This document shows, piece by piece, positions 1-8,100 of a stretch of DNA of 54,922 nucleotides. Origin of the DNA: Meiothermus sp. GTDB lineage: Bacteria; Deinococcota; Deinococci; Deinococcales; Thermaceae. The DNA lies in contig JANRLD010000016.1 in the NCBI GenBank assembly GCA_033762915.1, positions 1 to 54,922 of the forward strand, given 5' to 3'. The first letter of the stretch is position 1, and each line of letters begins with the position of its first letter. Made by a program: the position numbers and the translations under genes. The notes below the pieces were generated by a model. That model did not search any database. It saw only the letters and a list, made by a program, of their open reading frames with translations, and had not been told where the DNA came from.

Positions 1-23
1 CTACGAGAGAACCCGGCGCGAGG

Positions 24-815
24 TCATTCAGAAGCTGATGCTGAGCTATACCCCGGTGTCCCCAGATCGGGAGCACCCTTCGCCGTGCCACCCAGCGCAG
101 GGAAGGGGCCGTGCAGTTCACCGCCGACAACCCCCTCGAGACGACCCTGGGCCTCGAGAACGTGGGTAAGGGGCTGGGCCAGTCTCAGCCACCTCAGCCC
201 GCCGGGCCTGTACGTGTACGGCGAAGCGGGTCTGGGCGGCGATCTGCAGCTTTCGTGGATCACCATTCATCGCCACCAGGTAGCAGGCATATCGGGTGAG
301 GCGGTAGTCGGTCAGCTCCCGGCCCCCGCCTTGGGGGTGGTTCACCACATTGCCAACCCCGTCAATCTGGTTGCCTGACGGGTTTCCTATGTTGTCTGCC
401 GCCGCAGCCCTCTCGATTACATCCTCAAAACGCTGCCACAAGTCGTACCCTAGCAGCCCCATGAGCTCTCGAGCCAGCCAATACTCGCCCCGCCCATCCA
501 CCCAGCGCACAGCATCGAAGGGGCTCGAGCCCGGAGCCACCCCGCCCGGAGCCTGGGCCGCGCCAAAGACCCGCTCGAGCGACGCCCTCCCCCCGGCACC
601 TGCGCCTCCTCGACCAGGTACTCCACCTGGGTGCGGTTGAGATAGGTCACGAGGCTCGAGCGCTCGACCACATCGATGCCCGTTAGCTGGGTTTCGCCCC
701 GCCGGATCACCTTCTCGAGCCGGTGCCCCTCCCACCCGAGCAGGCCCGCCTAGTCTCGGCTGCTCACCCGAGGGATATCCCCGTTCAAGGCTACTGATTG
801 GGCTACACCCTGGTG
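24..815 (-). pseudogene. Decayed phage antirepressor-like gene: Rha-like N-terminal part plus Bro/DinD-like domain
   Basis: One frame reads LNGDIPRVSSRD*AGLLGWEGHRLEKVIRR...TYLNRTQVEYL (Rha-like, TAG at 750-752). A second frame reads SPFDAVRWVDGRGEYWLARELMGLLGY...TDYRLTRYACYLVAMNGDPRK (DinD/Bro-like). Frameshifts separate the parts; ends are approximate. Confidence 0.65.
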
Positions 816-897
816 TCAGCGGGAGGTGCAACCCCGGCACGACAGTAAGTGGGGCACGCGGGGTTCTGTTGAGTCTGCATCCGCTCGGCTCGATGGT

Positions 898-1164
898 TCA
901 AGATGCGTCATGCCGAACGCCAAAGTCCGTGTGCTCAATGACCAGGCCCATGTATTGAGCGAGCAGCAGGTTATCTTCAAACTGGCGTTGTGGGGGTAGG
1001 GAGTCCGACCAGCCCTGGACCTGAGGGAATACCTTTCTACCTAGGCGGTCCAGCTGACGTAGGTTGCTGAGAACGGCCAGGCTTAATGCATCCTGCCGGT
1101 CACATTCCCAGCCGCCAGTGTAGGTGAAAACCACGCCTCTGTGATCGTTGGCGACAATCCTCAT
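898..1164 (-). CDS. Hypothetical protein (88 aa), island-encoded
   Basis: ATG preceded by an AGGAGA RBS; no recognisable motif. Confidence 0.55.
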   Translation of the reverse strand: MRIVANDHRGVVFTYTGGWECDRQDALSLAVLSNLRQLDRLGRKVFPQVQGWSDSLPPQRQFEDNLLLAQYMGLVIEHTDFGVRHDAS

Positions 1165-1379
1165 GCCCTATCTCCTACGCGGAAAATGATACCCAATTCT
1201 GTCTAATCCGGATTGTCCCCATACCCAAATGGTCAACACCATCTCGACAACCATCAGCTACTGTCCTAATATATCTACGACAGAGGCAGAGGATGAGCTA
1301 CCGCCTAGACTAAACTGGAAGAGACCCACTGAGGCAAAATTCGCGCTGCACGAGCGCAAATTTTAAAGCCCAGCGGCTT

Positions 1380-1425
1380 CCTTCTAAGCGGTAGGTCGAG
1401 GGTTCGATTCCTTCCCGGTGCGCCA
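1380..1425 (+). tRNA. 3' half of tRNA-Arg(TCT) only; att-site fragment, not a complete tRNA
   Basis: CTTCTAA anticodon loop, GCGGT AGGTC, T-arm GAGGG-TTCGATT-CCTTC, acceptor 3' strand CCGGTGC-G-CCA. The upstream sequence cannot form the D-arm or the 5' anticodon stem. Confidence 0.8.
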
Positions 1426-1433
1426 AAGCGCGT

Positions 1434-1465
1434 CCCACAGCCATAAAAGAGGCTGTGGGTGTTTT
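1434..1465 (+). terminator. Intrinsic terminator after the tRNA 3' end
   Basis: CCCACAGCC-8 nt-GGCTGTGGG followed by TGTTTT. Confidence 0.7.
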
Positions 1466-1570
1466 GCTGGGATTGAGTCTGACCTACCGCCTTGTGTTTC
1501 TGTGGTGAGGCTCGCAAAGTGGTGGCCGAAGCGGTTTACACCAATGCCGCAGTCTGTTTAGGGTAGTGGC

Positions 1571-2389
1571 ATGCCCGCGCACCTGCCCGCCTCCTCGAGC
1601 CTCTCCTCCCACCTGAGGGCCGCCCTCCTCTTGCTTCTGGCCCTGCTGGCAGCCTGCAGCCCCGCCAGCCCCCCCAACCCGCTCACCGAGGGGGTTTGCG
1701 GGGCCAGCTTTGCCTACGGCAGACCCGCCCACGCCCTCCCCGAAACCCAGTTCCTCTGTCGCAAAGGCTACGCCGTACTGCACGACAACGGGCGCAAGGT
1801 TCCCCTCTACTCTGCCCAGCAGCTTCGGGCCGAGGCCCTGGACGGGTCCGTGGCCCGCACCGACGACTTCCGGCCCGACCCCGAGCTGCTCGAGGGCCAG
1901 CGGGCCGAGCTCGGCGACTACCGCAACAGTGGTTATGACCGGGGGCACATGGCCCCGGCGGGGGACTTCTCCACCGACCCCCAGGCCATGAGCGAGAGCT
2001 TTCTGCTCTCCAACATGGTTCCGCAGAACGGCACCATGAACTCGGGGATTTGGGCGGGCCTCGAGTCGGCTACCCGTGCTTGCGCCCGGAGCGTTGGGGC
2101 GATCTACGTCCTCACCGGGCCGGTATTCGAGGGCACCCCCAGGGCCATCGGTACAAACCAGGTGGCGGTGCCCAGCCACCTCTACAAGATCATCCTCGAG
2201 GCCCAGGGTGGGGACTCGAGGGCCTACCTGATGCCCAACACTGCCCTGCCCGCCCAGGGGGGCGGGTTCACCCAGTACCGGGTAAGCATCGACGAGGTGG
2301 AGCGCCGCACCGGGCTGGACTTCTTTCCGGGGGGTCAGGTTCTCGAGGACGGCCTGGGCACCTTGTGCAAGAACACCTTCGGAACCTGA
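1571..2389 (+). CDS. DNA/RNA non-specific endonuclease (NucA/EndoG family), lipoprotein
   Basis: YDRGHMAPA active site, SFLLSNMVPQ, MNSGIWAGLE; lipobox LAAC; TAGGGT -10 six nt before ATG. Confidence 0.92.
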   Translation: MPAHLPASSSLSSHLRAALLLLLALLAACSPASPPNPLTEGVCGASFAYGRPAHALPETQFLCRKGYAVLHDNGRKVPLYSAQQLRAEALDGSVARTDDFRPDPELLEGQRAELGDYRNSGYDRGHMAPAGDFSTDPQAMSESFLLSNMVPQNGTMNSGIWAGLESATRACARSVGAIYVLTGPVFEGTPRAIGTNQVAVPSHLYKIILEAQGGDSRAYLMPNTALPAQGGGFTQYRVSIDEVERRTGLDFFPGGQVLEDGLGTLCKNTFGT

Positions 2390-2483
2390 GCCGAGCCGAC
2401 GCCTCGCCGCACCGAGCAAGCCATGCGTTAAGCGTAGAGGGGCCGGCGGCCGGCCGGGTCTTCTAATCCAATTGCCTTTGGGC

Positions 2484-2507
2484 TATACTCCCATATATAG
2501 GGGTATA
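2484..2507. promoter_or_regulatory. 24-bp imperfect palindrome overlapping a TATACT -10; candidate LexA operator
   Basis: TATACTCCCATATATAGGGGTATA, 10 of 12 symmetric pairs, ending 2 nt before the lexA GTG. Confidence 0.6.
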
Positions 2508-2509
2508 AG

Positions 2510-3139
2510 GTGCAAGTAGAACTGCCCAAAGGCCAGCAGCGCATCTGGGAAGCCCTGGTGAAATACCGCGGGCGTAGCGGCCTTCTGCCCTACCCGCTCG
2601 AGCTGGCCCGCATGCTGGGGCTCGACCGCAAGGGGGTCTTGCAGCAGCTCGAGGCCCTCGAGCGCAAGGGCTTGCTGGAGATCCAGGCTCGAGGGCGGGG
2701 CCTGCCTGCGGTGCTCCGGCTCACCCCGCAGGGCAGACTCAAGGCCGGGCTGGGCATACCCCTTCTGGGCACCGTCCAGGCCGGCCCCCTGGGCGCGCCC
2801 AACCAGGAGGTGCGGGGCATCATCAACCTGCCCGCCCGATCCGGGCTGTACGGGCTCGAGATTGACGGGCTGTCGCTGGCGCCGTGGCTACGGCCCAAAG
2901 ACATCAGCATCATTAAGGCCGAGCCCCTGAGCTACGCGGGCCAGGTCTCGGTGGTGCGGGTTCACGACGAGACGACCTTCAAGAAGGTCTACCCCAAAGG
3001 GCGTAAACTGCGCCTCGAGTCCGTCAACCCCGACTTTGCCCCCTTCGTCGTACCCGCCGACGAGGTGGAGGTGCAGGGGGTGTATTGCAGCCACTTCGGC
3101 GGCGAGCTAACCCGGGAATTGCTGGAGGTGTTTATGTAG
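2510..3139 (+). CDS. lexA: LexA-family repressor (wHTH plus S24 peptidase)
   Basis: N-terminal HTH (ELARMLG...LEALERKGLL), IPLLGTVQAG Ala-Gly cleavage site, GLSL Ser and TFKK Lys; heads the imu cassette. Confidence 0.9.
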   Translation: MQVELPKGQQRIWEALVKYRGRSGLLPYPLELARMLGLDRKGVLQQLEALERKGLLEIQARGRGLPAVLRLTPQGRLKAGLGIPLLGTVQAGPLGAPNQEVRGIINLPARSGLYGLEIDGLSLAPWLRPKDISIIKAEPLSYAGQVSVVRVHDETTFKKVYPKGRKLRLESVNPDFAPFVVPADEVEVQGVYCSHFGGELTRELLEVFM

Positions 3140-3153
3140 AAAGCCCGACCGGC

Positions 3154-3247
3154 AAAAAAGACCCGAGGGCGCGTCTCGCCTGGCAGCTCGTCCGCGCCCT
3201 CTCCCTCAGAACCCCAGGGCCATGCCCCGGAGCGGTCATTCTTTGGT
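3154..3247 (-). ncRNA. Candidate cis-antisense structured small RNA between lexA and imuY
   Basis: Minus-strand TGC-TATACT extended -10 (3262-3254), two hairpins (one needs G-U pairs available only on the minus strand) and a U6 tail. Confidence 0.45.
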
Positions 3248-3272
3248 CTAACCAGTATAGCAAAAACCGGCC

Positions 3273-4571
3273 ATGTCGAGAAGCACCAAGTCACGTTCTG
3301 GACAACTTCCGAGCCTGTTTCCTCCCGCGCTGGAGGCCGCCCGCCCGCCCACCATCCGGCCCAGGGCGGCCTCGAGCTTCACCGCCCTCTGGCTGGCCGA
3401 CCCCCCGACCTGGGCGCTGGGCAGGCTGCACCCCTCGGCGGGCTCAGGGCAGGGCCTCGAGCCTCCACCCGACCAGCCCGTGCTGGCGGTCTCGGGCGGG
3501 CGGGTGGTGGGCAGCAATCTGCCGGCCCGCAGGGCAGGGGTTCGGCCCGACGAGTCCCTGAGCCGTGCGCTGCAACTCTGCCCTCAGGCGAAGGTCTATC
3601 CCCACGACCCGCCCGCGATGATGGCGGCCTGGGACAGCGCCGTAGCCGCCGCCTACAGCCTCAGCCCGTGGGTAGAGCCCGCGGGCGTGGGGCTGCTGTT
3701 CGCGGGCGCTCTGACCCCCCGGGAGGCCGGGCAGCTGGCCCGAATGACGGGTGCTCGAGTGGGGCAGTCCGCCAGCCGCTCCACCGCCCAACTGGCCGCC
3801 CTCACCGCCAAGGAGGGTTCGGCCAGGGCCGTTCCCAACGAGGCCCACTTCATCGCCCAGGTTCCCGTCCGCCTCCTGCTGGGCCTCGGCTTTGCCGAGG
3901 AGCTGGTGGAGCGTCTGCACTGGCTGGGGGTGGACCACCTCGCCGACCTCCACCGCCTGGGCCTCACCCAGCGCCAGCTCGAGGCCCAGTTCAGATCCGA
4001 AGGCCGGAGGCTCTATCAGGTGGCCCACGGCGGGCTTACCGAGCCTGTGCAGCGCTTCAGGGAGCCGCCCGTTGCCCGGGAGCGCTGGGAGTTCGAGGAG
4101 CCCGCCGTGGAGCCGTACCAGTTCATGCCCGTACTGCACCTGCTGGTGGCCAACGCCGCCACCCGACTGGGCAACAAAGCCTGCTGGACCGTCACGGTGG
4201 CGCTGCAGGGCGGGCAAGGCTGGCGGCTCGGGAGGCGGGTGCTGGGGGCGGCCACCAACCGCGCCAAAGCCCTGCTCGGCGTGGCAGAGTTGACCTTCTG
4301 GGACGTCCACACCCCCGGGTCGGGGATCGAAGCGCTCGAGGTGACGCTGGGGCGCATCGTCTTGCCCGAGGCCGAGCAGCAAGACCTCTTCGGCGCTTTC
4401 GACCGTCCCCCGGTGTGGGAGGCCATCGAGCGGGTGGACGGCCGCTTTAACGGCGGCATAGGCCGCCTGGAGGTCGGAAGGGTGGCCCGCTTCCGCGAGG
4501 AGTTCTGGCGCTTCGTCCCGCTCGGCTCGAGCCAAAAACCCCCGGTGGGCGACGGGCGGAGGCTGCGGTGA
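3273..4571 (+). CDS. imuY: ImuY/ImuB-like Y-family polymerase accessory protein (start uncertain)
   Basis: GRVVGSNLPARRAGVRP...SRALQLCP, SPWVEP and clamp-binding-like QQDLF; the canonical Y-family catalytic acidic motifs are not evident; lies between lexA and dnaE2. Confidence 0.85.
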   Translation: MSRSTKSRSGQLPSLFPPALEAARPPTIRPRAASSFTALWLADPPTWALGRLHPSAGSGQGLEPPPDQPVLAVSGGRVVGSNLPARRAGVRPDESLSRALQLCPQAKVYPHDPPAMMAAWDSAVAAAYSLSPWVEPAGVGLLFAGALTPREAGQLARMTGARVGQSASRSTAQLAALTAKEGSARAVPNEAHFIAQVPVRLLLGLGFAEELVERLHWLGVDHLADLHRLGLTQRQLEAQFRSEGRRLYQVAHGGLTEPVQRFREPPVARERWEFEEPAVEPYQFMPVLHLLVANAATRLGNKACWTVTVALQGGQGWRLGRRVLGAATNRAKALLGVAELTFWDVHTPGSGIEALEVTLGRIVLPEAEQQDLFGAFDRPPVWEAIERVDGRFNGGIGRLEVGRVARFREEFWRFVPLGSSQKPPVGDGRRLR

Positions 4572-4831
4572 AGACCCTACAGGCCCCCCGCCCGTGTCGG
4601 GTTCTGCTGGACCGCCGAGCCGTCCGGGCGGTGCACTTCCGGGAGCGTGCCTGGGTGGTGCGCCAGACCATGTGCGTCTACACCCTCTGCGACCCCTGGC
4701 GCACCCTGCCCGGCCTCGAGGGCGAGAAGCGGGTCTACCACCAGCTGTACACCACCCACGGCGAGATCGAGGTCTTCGAGCGGGTGCGGGGCCTCGAGCC
4801 CGGCTGGTACGTGACGAGGTGGTGGGACTGA
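4568..4831 (+). CDS. Small protein resembling the ImuB C-terminal module (DUF6504-like)
   Basis: 87 aa, PW...EKRVYHQL...GWYVTRWWD; GTGA and TGATG overlaps with both neighbours. Confidence 0.75.
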   Translation: MKTLQAPRPCRVLLDRRAVRAVHFRERAWVVRQTMCVYTLCDPWRTLPGLEGEKRVYHQLYTTHGEIEVFERVRGLEPGWYVTRWWD

Positions 4832-7800
4832 TGGGCTTCGTGCACCTGCATGCGTGGTCGTGGTTCTCGTTCCTGAGGGGCGGCTCGAGCCCCCAGGCCC
4901 TGGTCGACCAGGCCAGTGCCCTGGGCCAGACCGCTGTGGCGCTCACCGACTGGATGGGGGTGGCGGGGGCGGTTCAGTTCCAGGTCGCAGCACGGCAGGC
5001 CGGCCTGAAAGCCATCATCGGCTCGGAGGTGAGCGTGGAGGGCCACCCGCTGGTCTTGCTGTGCGCCGACCAGGCGGGCTATGCCGCCCTCAACCGCCTC
5101 CTCACCGACGCATACGGGCGGGACAAGGAGAGCCCCGAGGTCTCCCTCGAGCGCCTCTGCGACGACAACGAGGGGCTATTCATCCTCACGGGCGGAACCG
5201 AAGGGCGCCTGCGCCGCCTGGTGGTGGATAAGCGCTACGAGGAGGCCGTGCTGTGGCTGGAGCACCTCGCCGATATCGCGCCCCGGCGGGTCTTTGTGGA
5301 GCTGGTGGCGCACCGCCTCGAGGGCGAGCCCCGGGTGTTGAGCCAGCTGGCCGAGCTGGCTCGAGGGATGGGGCTGCACACCATCGCCACCAACGCTGCC
5401 CGCTACGCCAGGCCGGACGACTTCGTGACCCACGACCTGCTCAACCGCATCCGCCTCAAGCTGCGCTACGACCAGCCCTACGCGGGCCAGCCCCCCAACG
5501 ACGAGGCCTGGCTGAAGGGGGAGGAAGAACTGCACCCGCTCATCCCCGACCCCAACGCCCTGACCAACACCCTGAGCCTGGCGGCCGAGTGTTCGGTGGA
5601 CCTGCTCCCCGGCCAGATCACCCCACCGGGGGCCTTGTTGCCGCTGGGCTACCGCCACCACAACGACTACCTCGAGCACCTGTGCCGCGAGGCCCTGCCC
5701 CGCAAGTACCCGGACGCCGGCCAGCGGGCCAAAGCCGAGCGGGTGCTCGAGCACGAGCTGGGCGTCATCAAGGCCGTGGACGTGGGCGAGTTCTTCCTGG
5801 TGGTTCGGGAGGTGATGGCCTACGCCCGCTCGAGGGGCATCCGCTGCGCGGGTCGGGGCAGTGCCGCCAACTCCATTGTCGCCTACCTGCTGGACATCAC
5901 TGCGGTCTGCCCTGTCGAGTACAGGCTGCTGTTCGAGCGCTTCTTGCACGCGGGCAGGCGGGGGACCCCCGACATCGACGTGGATTTCGACACCTACCGC
6001 CGCGACGAGGTGATCGCCTGGATGCTCGAGCGCTTCAGCATCGCCCACACCGCCATGACCGCCAACGTCAACACCTACCGCCTGCGCTCGGCGGTGCGCG
6101 ACGTGGCCAAGGTGCTGGGCTGGTCAGCCGACATCGCCACCCACCGGCTGACCAAGGTGCTCGACAGCCACGGCGACCCCCAAGACGTGCGGCGGCATCG
6201 CCAAGCCCTGGCCGAGCAGGTGGGGGAGGTGCCCCTGCTCGAGCCCCTCCTCACCCTCGTGGAGCGCCTGCAGGACTGCCCCCGAAACCTCAGCCTGCAC
6301 TCCGGCGGGATGATCCTGGCCCGCACGCCCCTGGAGAACTTCACCCCCATCCAGACCTCGGCCAACGGGGTCAAGCAGGCCACCTTCGCCAAGGACGACG
6401 TGGAGTTTTTGGGCCTGGTGAAGCTGGACGTGCTGGGCCTGCGGGCGATGTCCGCCATAAGCTACGCCCTCGACCTAATCGAGGAGACTACGGGGGTGCG
6501 GCCCGACCTCGAGGGCCTGGGCCTGGAAGACCCCGAGGTGTACGACCTGATTTGCAGCGGCAAGACCCTCGGGCTGTTCCAGATCGAGAGCACCGGCCAG
6601 ATGAACCTCATCGCCAAGACCCAGCCCAGGAGCTTCAGGGAACTGGGCATACAGGTCGCCATCCTGCGCCCTGGCCCCATCCAGGGCGGGCTGATCCCGC
6701 CCTACGTGCGCCGCCTGCGGGGCCTGGAACCCGTCCGCCCGCCCCACCCCAGCCTAAGCGAGGCCCTGCAAGACACCCACGGGCTGATTCTGTATCAGGA
6801 GCAGGTGCTCGAGATCACCCACGCCTTCGCCGGACTGTCCCTCGAGGAGGCCGACGAGTTCAGGCGGCTGATGAGCAAGGCCCGCAACCCCCAGAAGATG
6901 GAGGCCATGCGCGCGCGCTTCGTCCAGGGGGCCATGGCCACCCACCCCGACATGACCGAGGAGCTGGCCAACGCCGTCTTCGACAAGCTCTCGAGGTTTG
7001 TCGGCTACGGCTTCCCGAAGTCGCACAGCTTCGCCTTCGCCCGCACCGTCTACCACACCGCCTGGCTCAAGCGCTACCACCCCGCCGCCTACCTCGCCGC
7101 CGTGATGCGGCACTGGCCGGGGATGTACCCCATGCAGTCCTTTGTGGAGGAGGCCAGGGCCTTCGGGGTGGAGGTCTTGCCGCCCGACGTGAGGGTGCCC
7201 CGGCTGTGGCAGCACCTCGAGCTGAAAGGCGGCAAGTGGGCCATCCGCCAGTCCCTCACCGATGTGGCGGGGGTCAGCGAGGAGGACGCGCGGGTGATCG
7301 TTTTGGAGGGGATGGCCAGGCCGTTTGCCTCCCTCGAGGACTTCTACCGCCGGGCTGGGGTGGACTGGGATGTGGCGGATGCGCTGGGCAAGGCCGGGGC
7401 GCTGGACGGGCTGCCGGTCCTCGAGGCCGACGGGCAGGCCGGGCTTTTCGACCCCCCGTCCCAGCACCCCAGACCCGCCAAGGTAGACCGCCGTCAAACC
7501 ATATGGCAGTTGGGCATCCTCAGGAACCGTTTGGGGCCGCCTGGGGGGCTGGCGCTGCCCCTGCTCGAGCCGACCCCCATGGCCCCCTCGGAAGTGGCCC
7601 GCCTGGCCGAGCTTACGCCCATTGAAGAGATGCAGTGGGACACCCGCACCAAAGGCTCCACCACGGGGCCGCACCCGATAGCACTCAAGCGCTTCGAGCT
7701 GACCCAGGCGGGCGTGACCCCCATCGCCCGGGTGGCCCCCGACTTCGCCGCGGCGGAGGACCGCAGGTGGCGCACCAGCCGCGACAACGACAAGCTCGTC

Positions 7801-8097
7801 TCGGTGGCCGGGATGGTGATCGCCCGTCAGCGGCCCCAGAGCGCCAAGGGGATCGTGTTTATCACCGTCCAAGACGAGACCGACAGCCTCCAGACCATCG
7901 TCACGCCCGAGCTGTGGGCCGAGCTAAGGCCCGTCCTGAGATCAGGTGCGCTGATTCTCACGGGCGTTCTGCAGGTGGTGGTGACCGTCTCGGGCCGGGT
8001 CTGGAAGGGGCTGCAGGTGCGCAGCGCCCAGGTCTTGGACTTCGACGCGCCCGTGGGCATGGCGGGCAACCCCGGGGCGGTCGCCGCCAAGAGGTGA
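4831..8097 (+). CDS. dnaE2: Error-prone DNA polymerase III alpha DnaE2 (ImuC)
   Basis: PHP FVHLHAWSWFSFLRGGSSP, GRGSAANS, PDIDVD, SLHSGG, KLDVLGL, GYGFPKSHS, OB-fold RQRPQSAKG; ATG at 4831 overlaps the upstream stop. Confidence 0.95.
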   Translation: MGFVHLHAWSWFSFLRGGSSPQALVDQASALGQTAVALTDWMGVAGAVQFQVAARQAGLKAIIGSEVSVEGHPLVLLCADQAGYAALNRLLTDAYGRDKESPEVSLERLCDDNEGLFILTGGTEGRLRRLVVDKRYEEAVLWLEHLADIAPRRVFVELVAHRLEGEPRVLSQLAELARGMGLHTIATNAARYARPDDFVTHDLLNRIRLKLRYDQPYAGQPPNDEAWLKGEEELHPLIPDPNALTNTLSLAAECSVDLLPGQITPPGALLPLGYRHHNDYLEHLCREALPRKYPDAGQRAKAERVLEHELGVIKAVDVGEFFLVVREVMAYARSRGIRCAGRGSAANSIVAYLLDITAVCPVEYRLLFERFLHAGRRGTPDIDVDFDTYRRDEVIAWMLERFSIAHTAMTANVNTYRLRSAVRDVAKVLGWSADIATHRLTKVLDSHGDPQDVRRHRQALAEQVGEVPLLEPLLTLVERLQDCPRNLSLHSGGMILARTPLENFTPIQTSANGVKQATFAKDDVEFLGLVKLDVLGLRAMSAISYALDLIEETTGVRPDLEGLGLEDPEVYDLICSGKTLGLFQIESTGQMNLIAKTQPRSFRELGIQVAILRPGPIQGGLIPPYVRRLRGLEPVRPPHPSLSEALQDTHGLILYQEQVLEITHAFAGLSLEEADEFRRLMSKARNPQKMEAMRARFVQGAMATHPDMTEELANAVFDKLSRFVGYGFPKSHSFAFARTVYHTAWLKRYHPAAYLAAVMRHWPGMYPMQSFVEEARAFGVEVLPPDVRVPRLWQHLELKGGKWAIRQSLTDVAGVSEEDARVIVLEGMARPFASLEDFYRRAGVDWDVADALGKAGALDGLPVLEADGQAGLFDPPSQHPRPAKVDRRQTIWQLGILRNRLGPPGGLALPLLEPTPMAPSEVARLAELTPIEEMQWDTRTKGSTTGPHPIALKRFELTQAGVTPIARVAPDFAAAEDRRWRTSRDNDKLVSVAGMVIARQRPQSAKGIVFITVQDETDSLQTIVTPELWAELRPVLRSGALILTGVLQVVVTVSGRVWKGLQVRSAQVLDFDAPVGMAGNPGAVAAKR

Positions 8098-8100
8098 GGC

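Larger units (their letters stand above)
1..1425. mobile_element. Right end of a prophage or integrative element inserted in tRNA-Arg(TCT); continues beyond the left edge of the window
   Basis: Phage-type pseudogene followed by a 3'-only tRNA copy, the typical att duplication. Confidence 0.65.

Noticed and set aside
1348..1425. Complete tRNA-Arg gene
   Set aside because: GCACGAG pairs only partly with the acceptor strand, there is no D-arm consensus, and the 5' anticodon stem (GCTTC) does not pair with GCGGT
2421..2437. Deinococcus RDRM (DdrO) box upstream of lexA: CCATGCGTTAAGCGTAG
   Set aside because: Has the ATG-N7-CGT core but lacks the terminal TT/AA; too degenerate to call without a matrix scan
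4594..4830. 79-aa N-terminal extension of DnaE2 in the ORF track
   Set aside because: The PHP domain begins at ATG 4831; the extension overlaps the 87-aa ORF and is non-coding in composition
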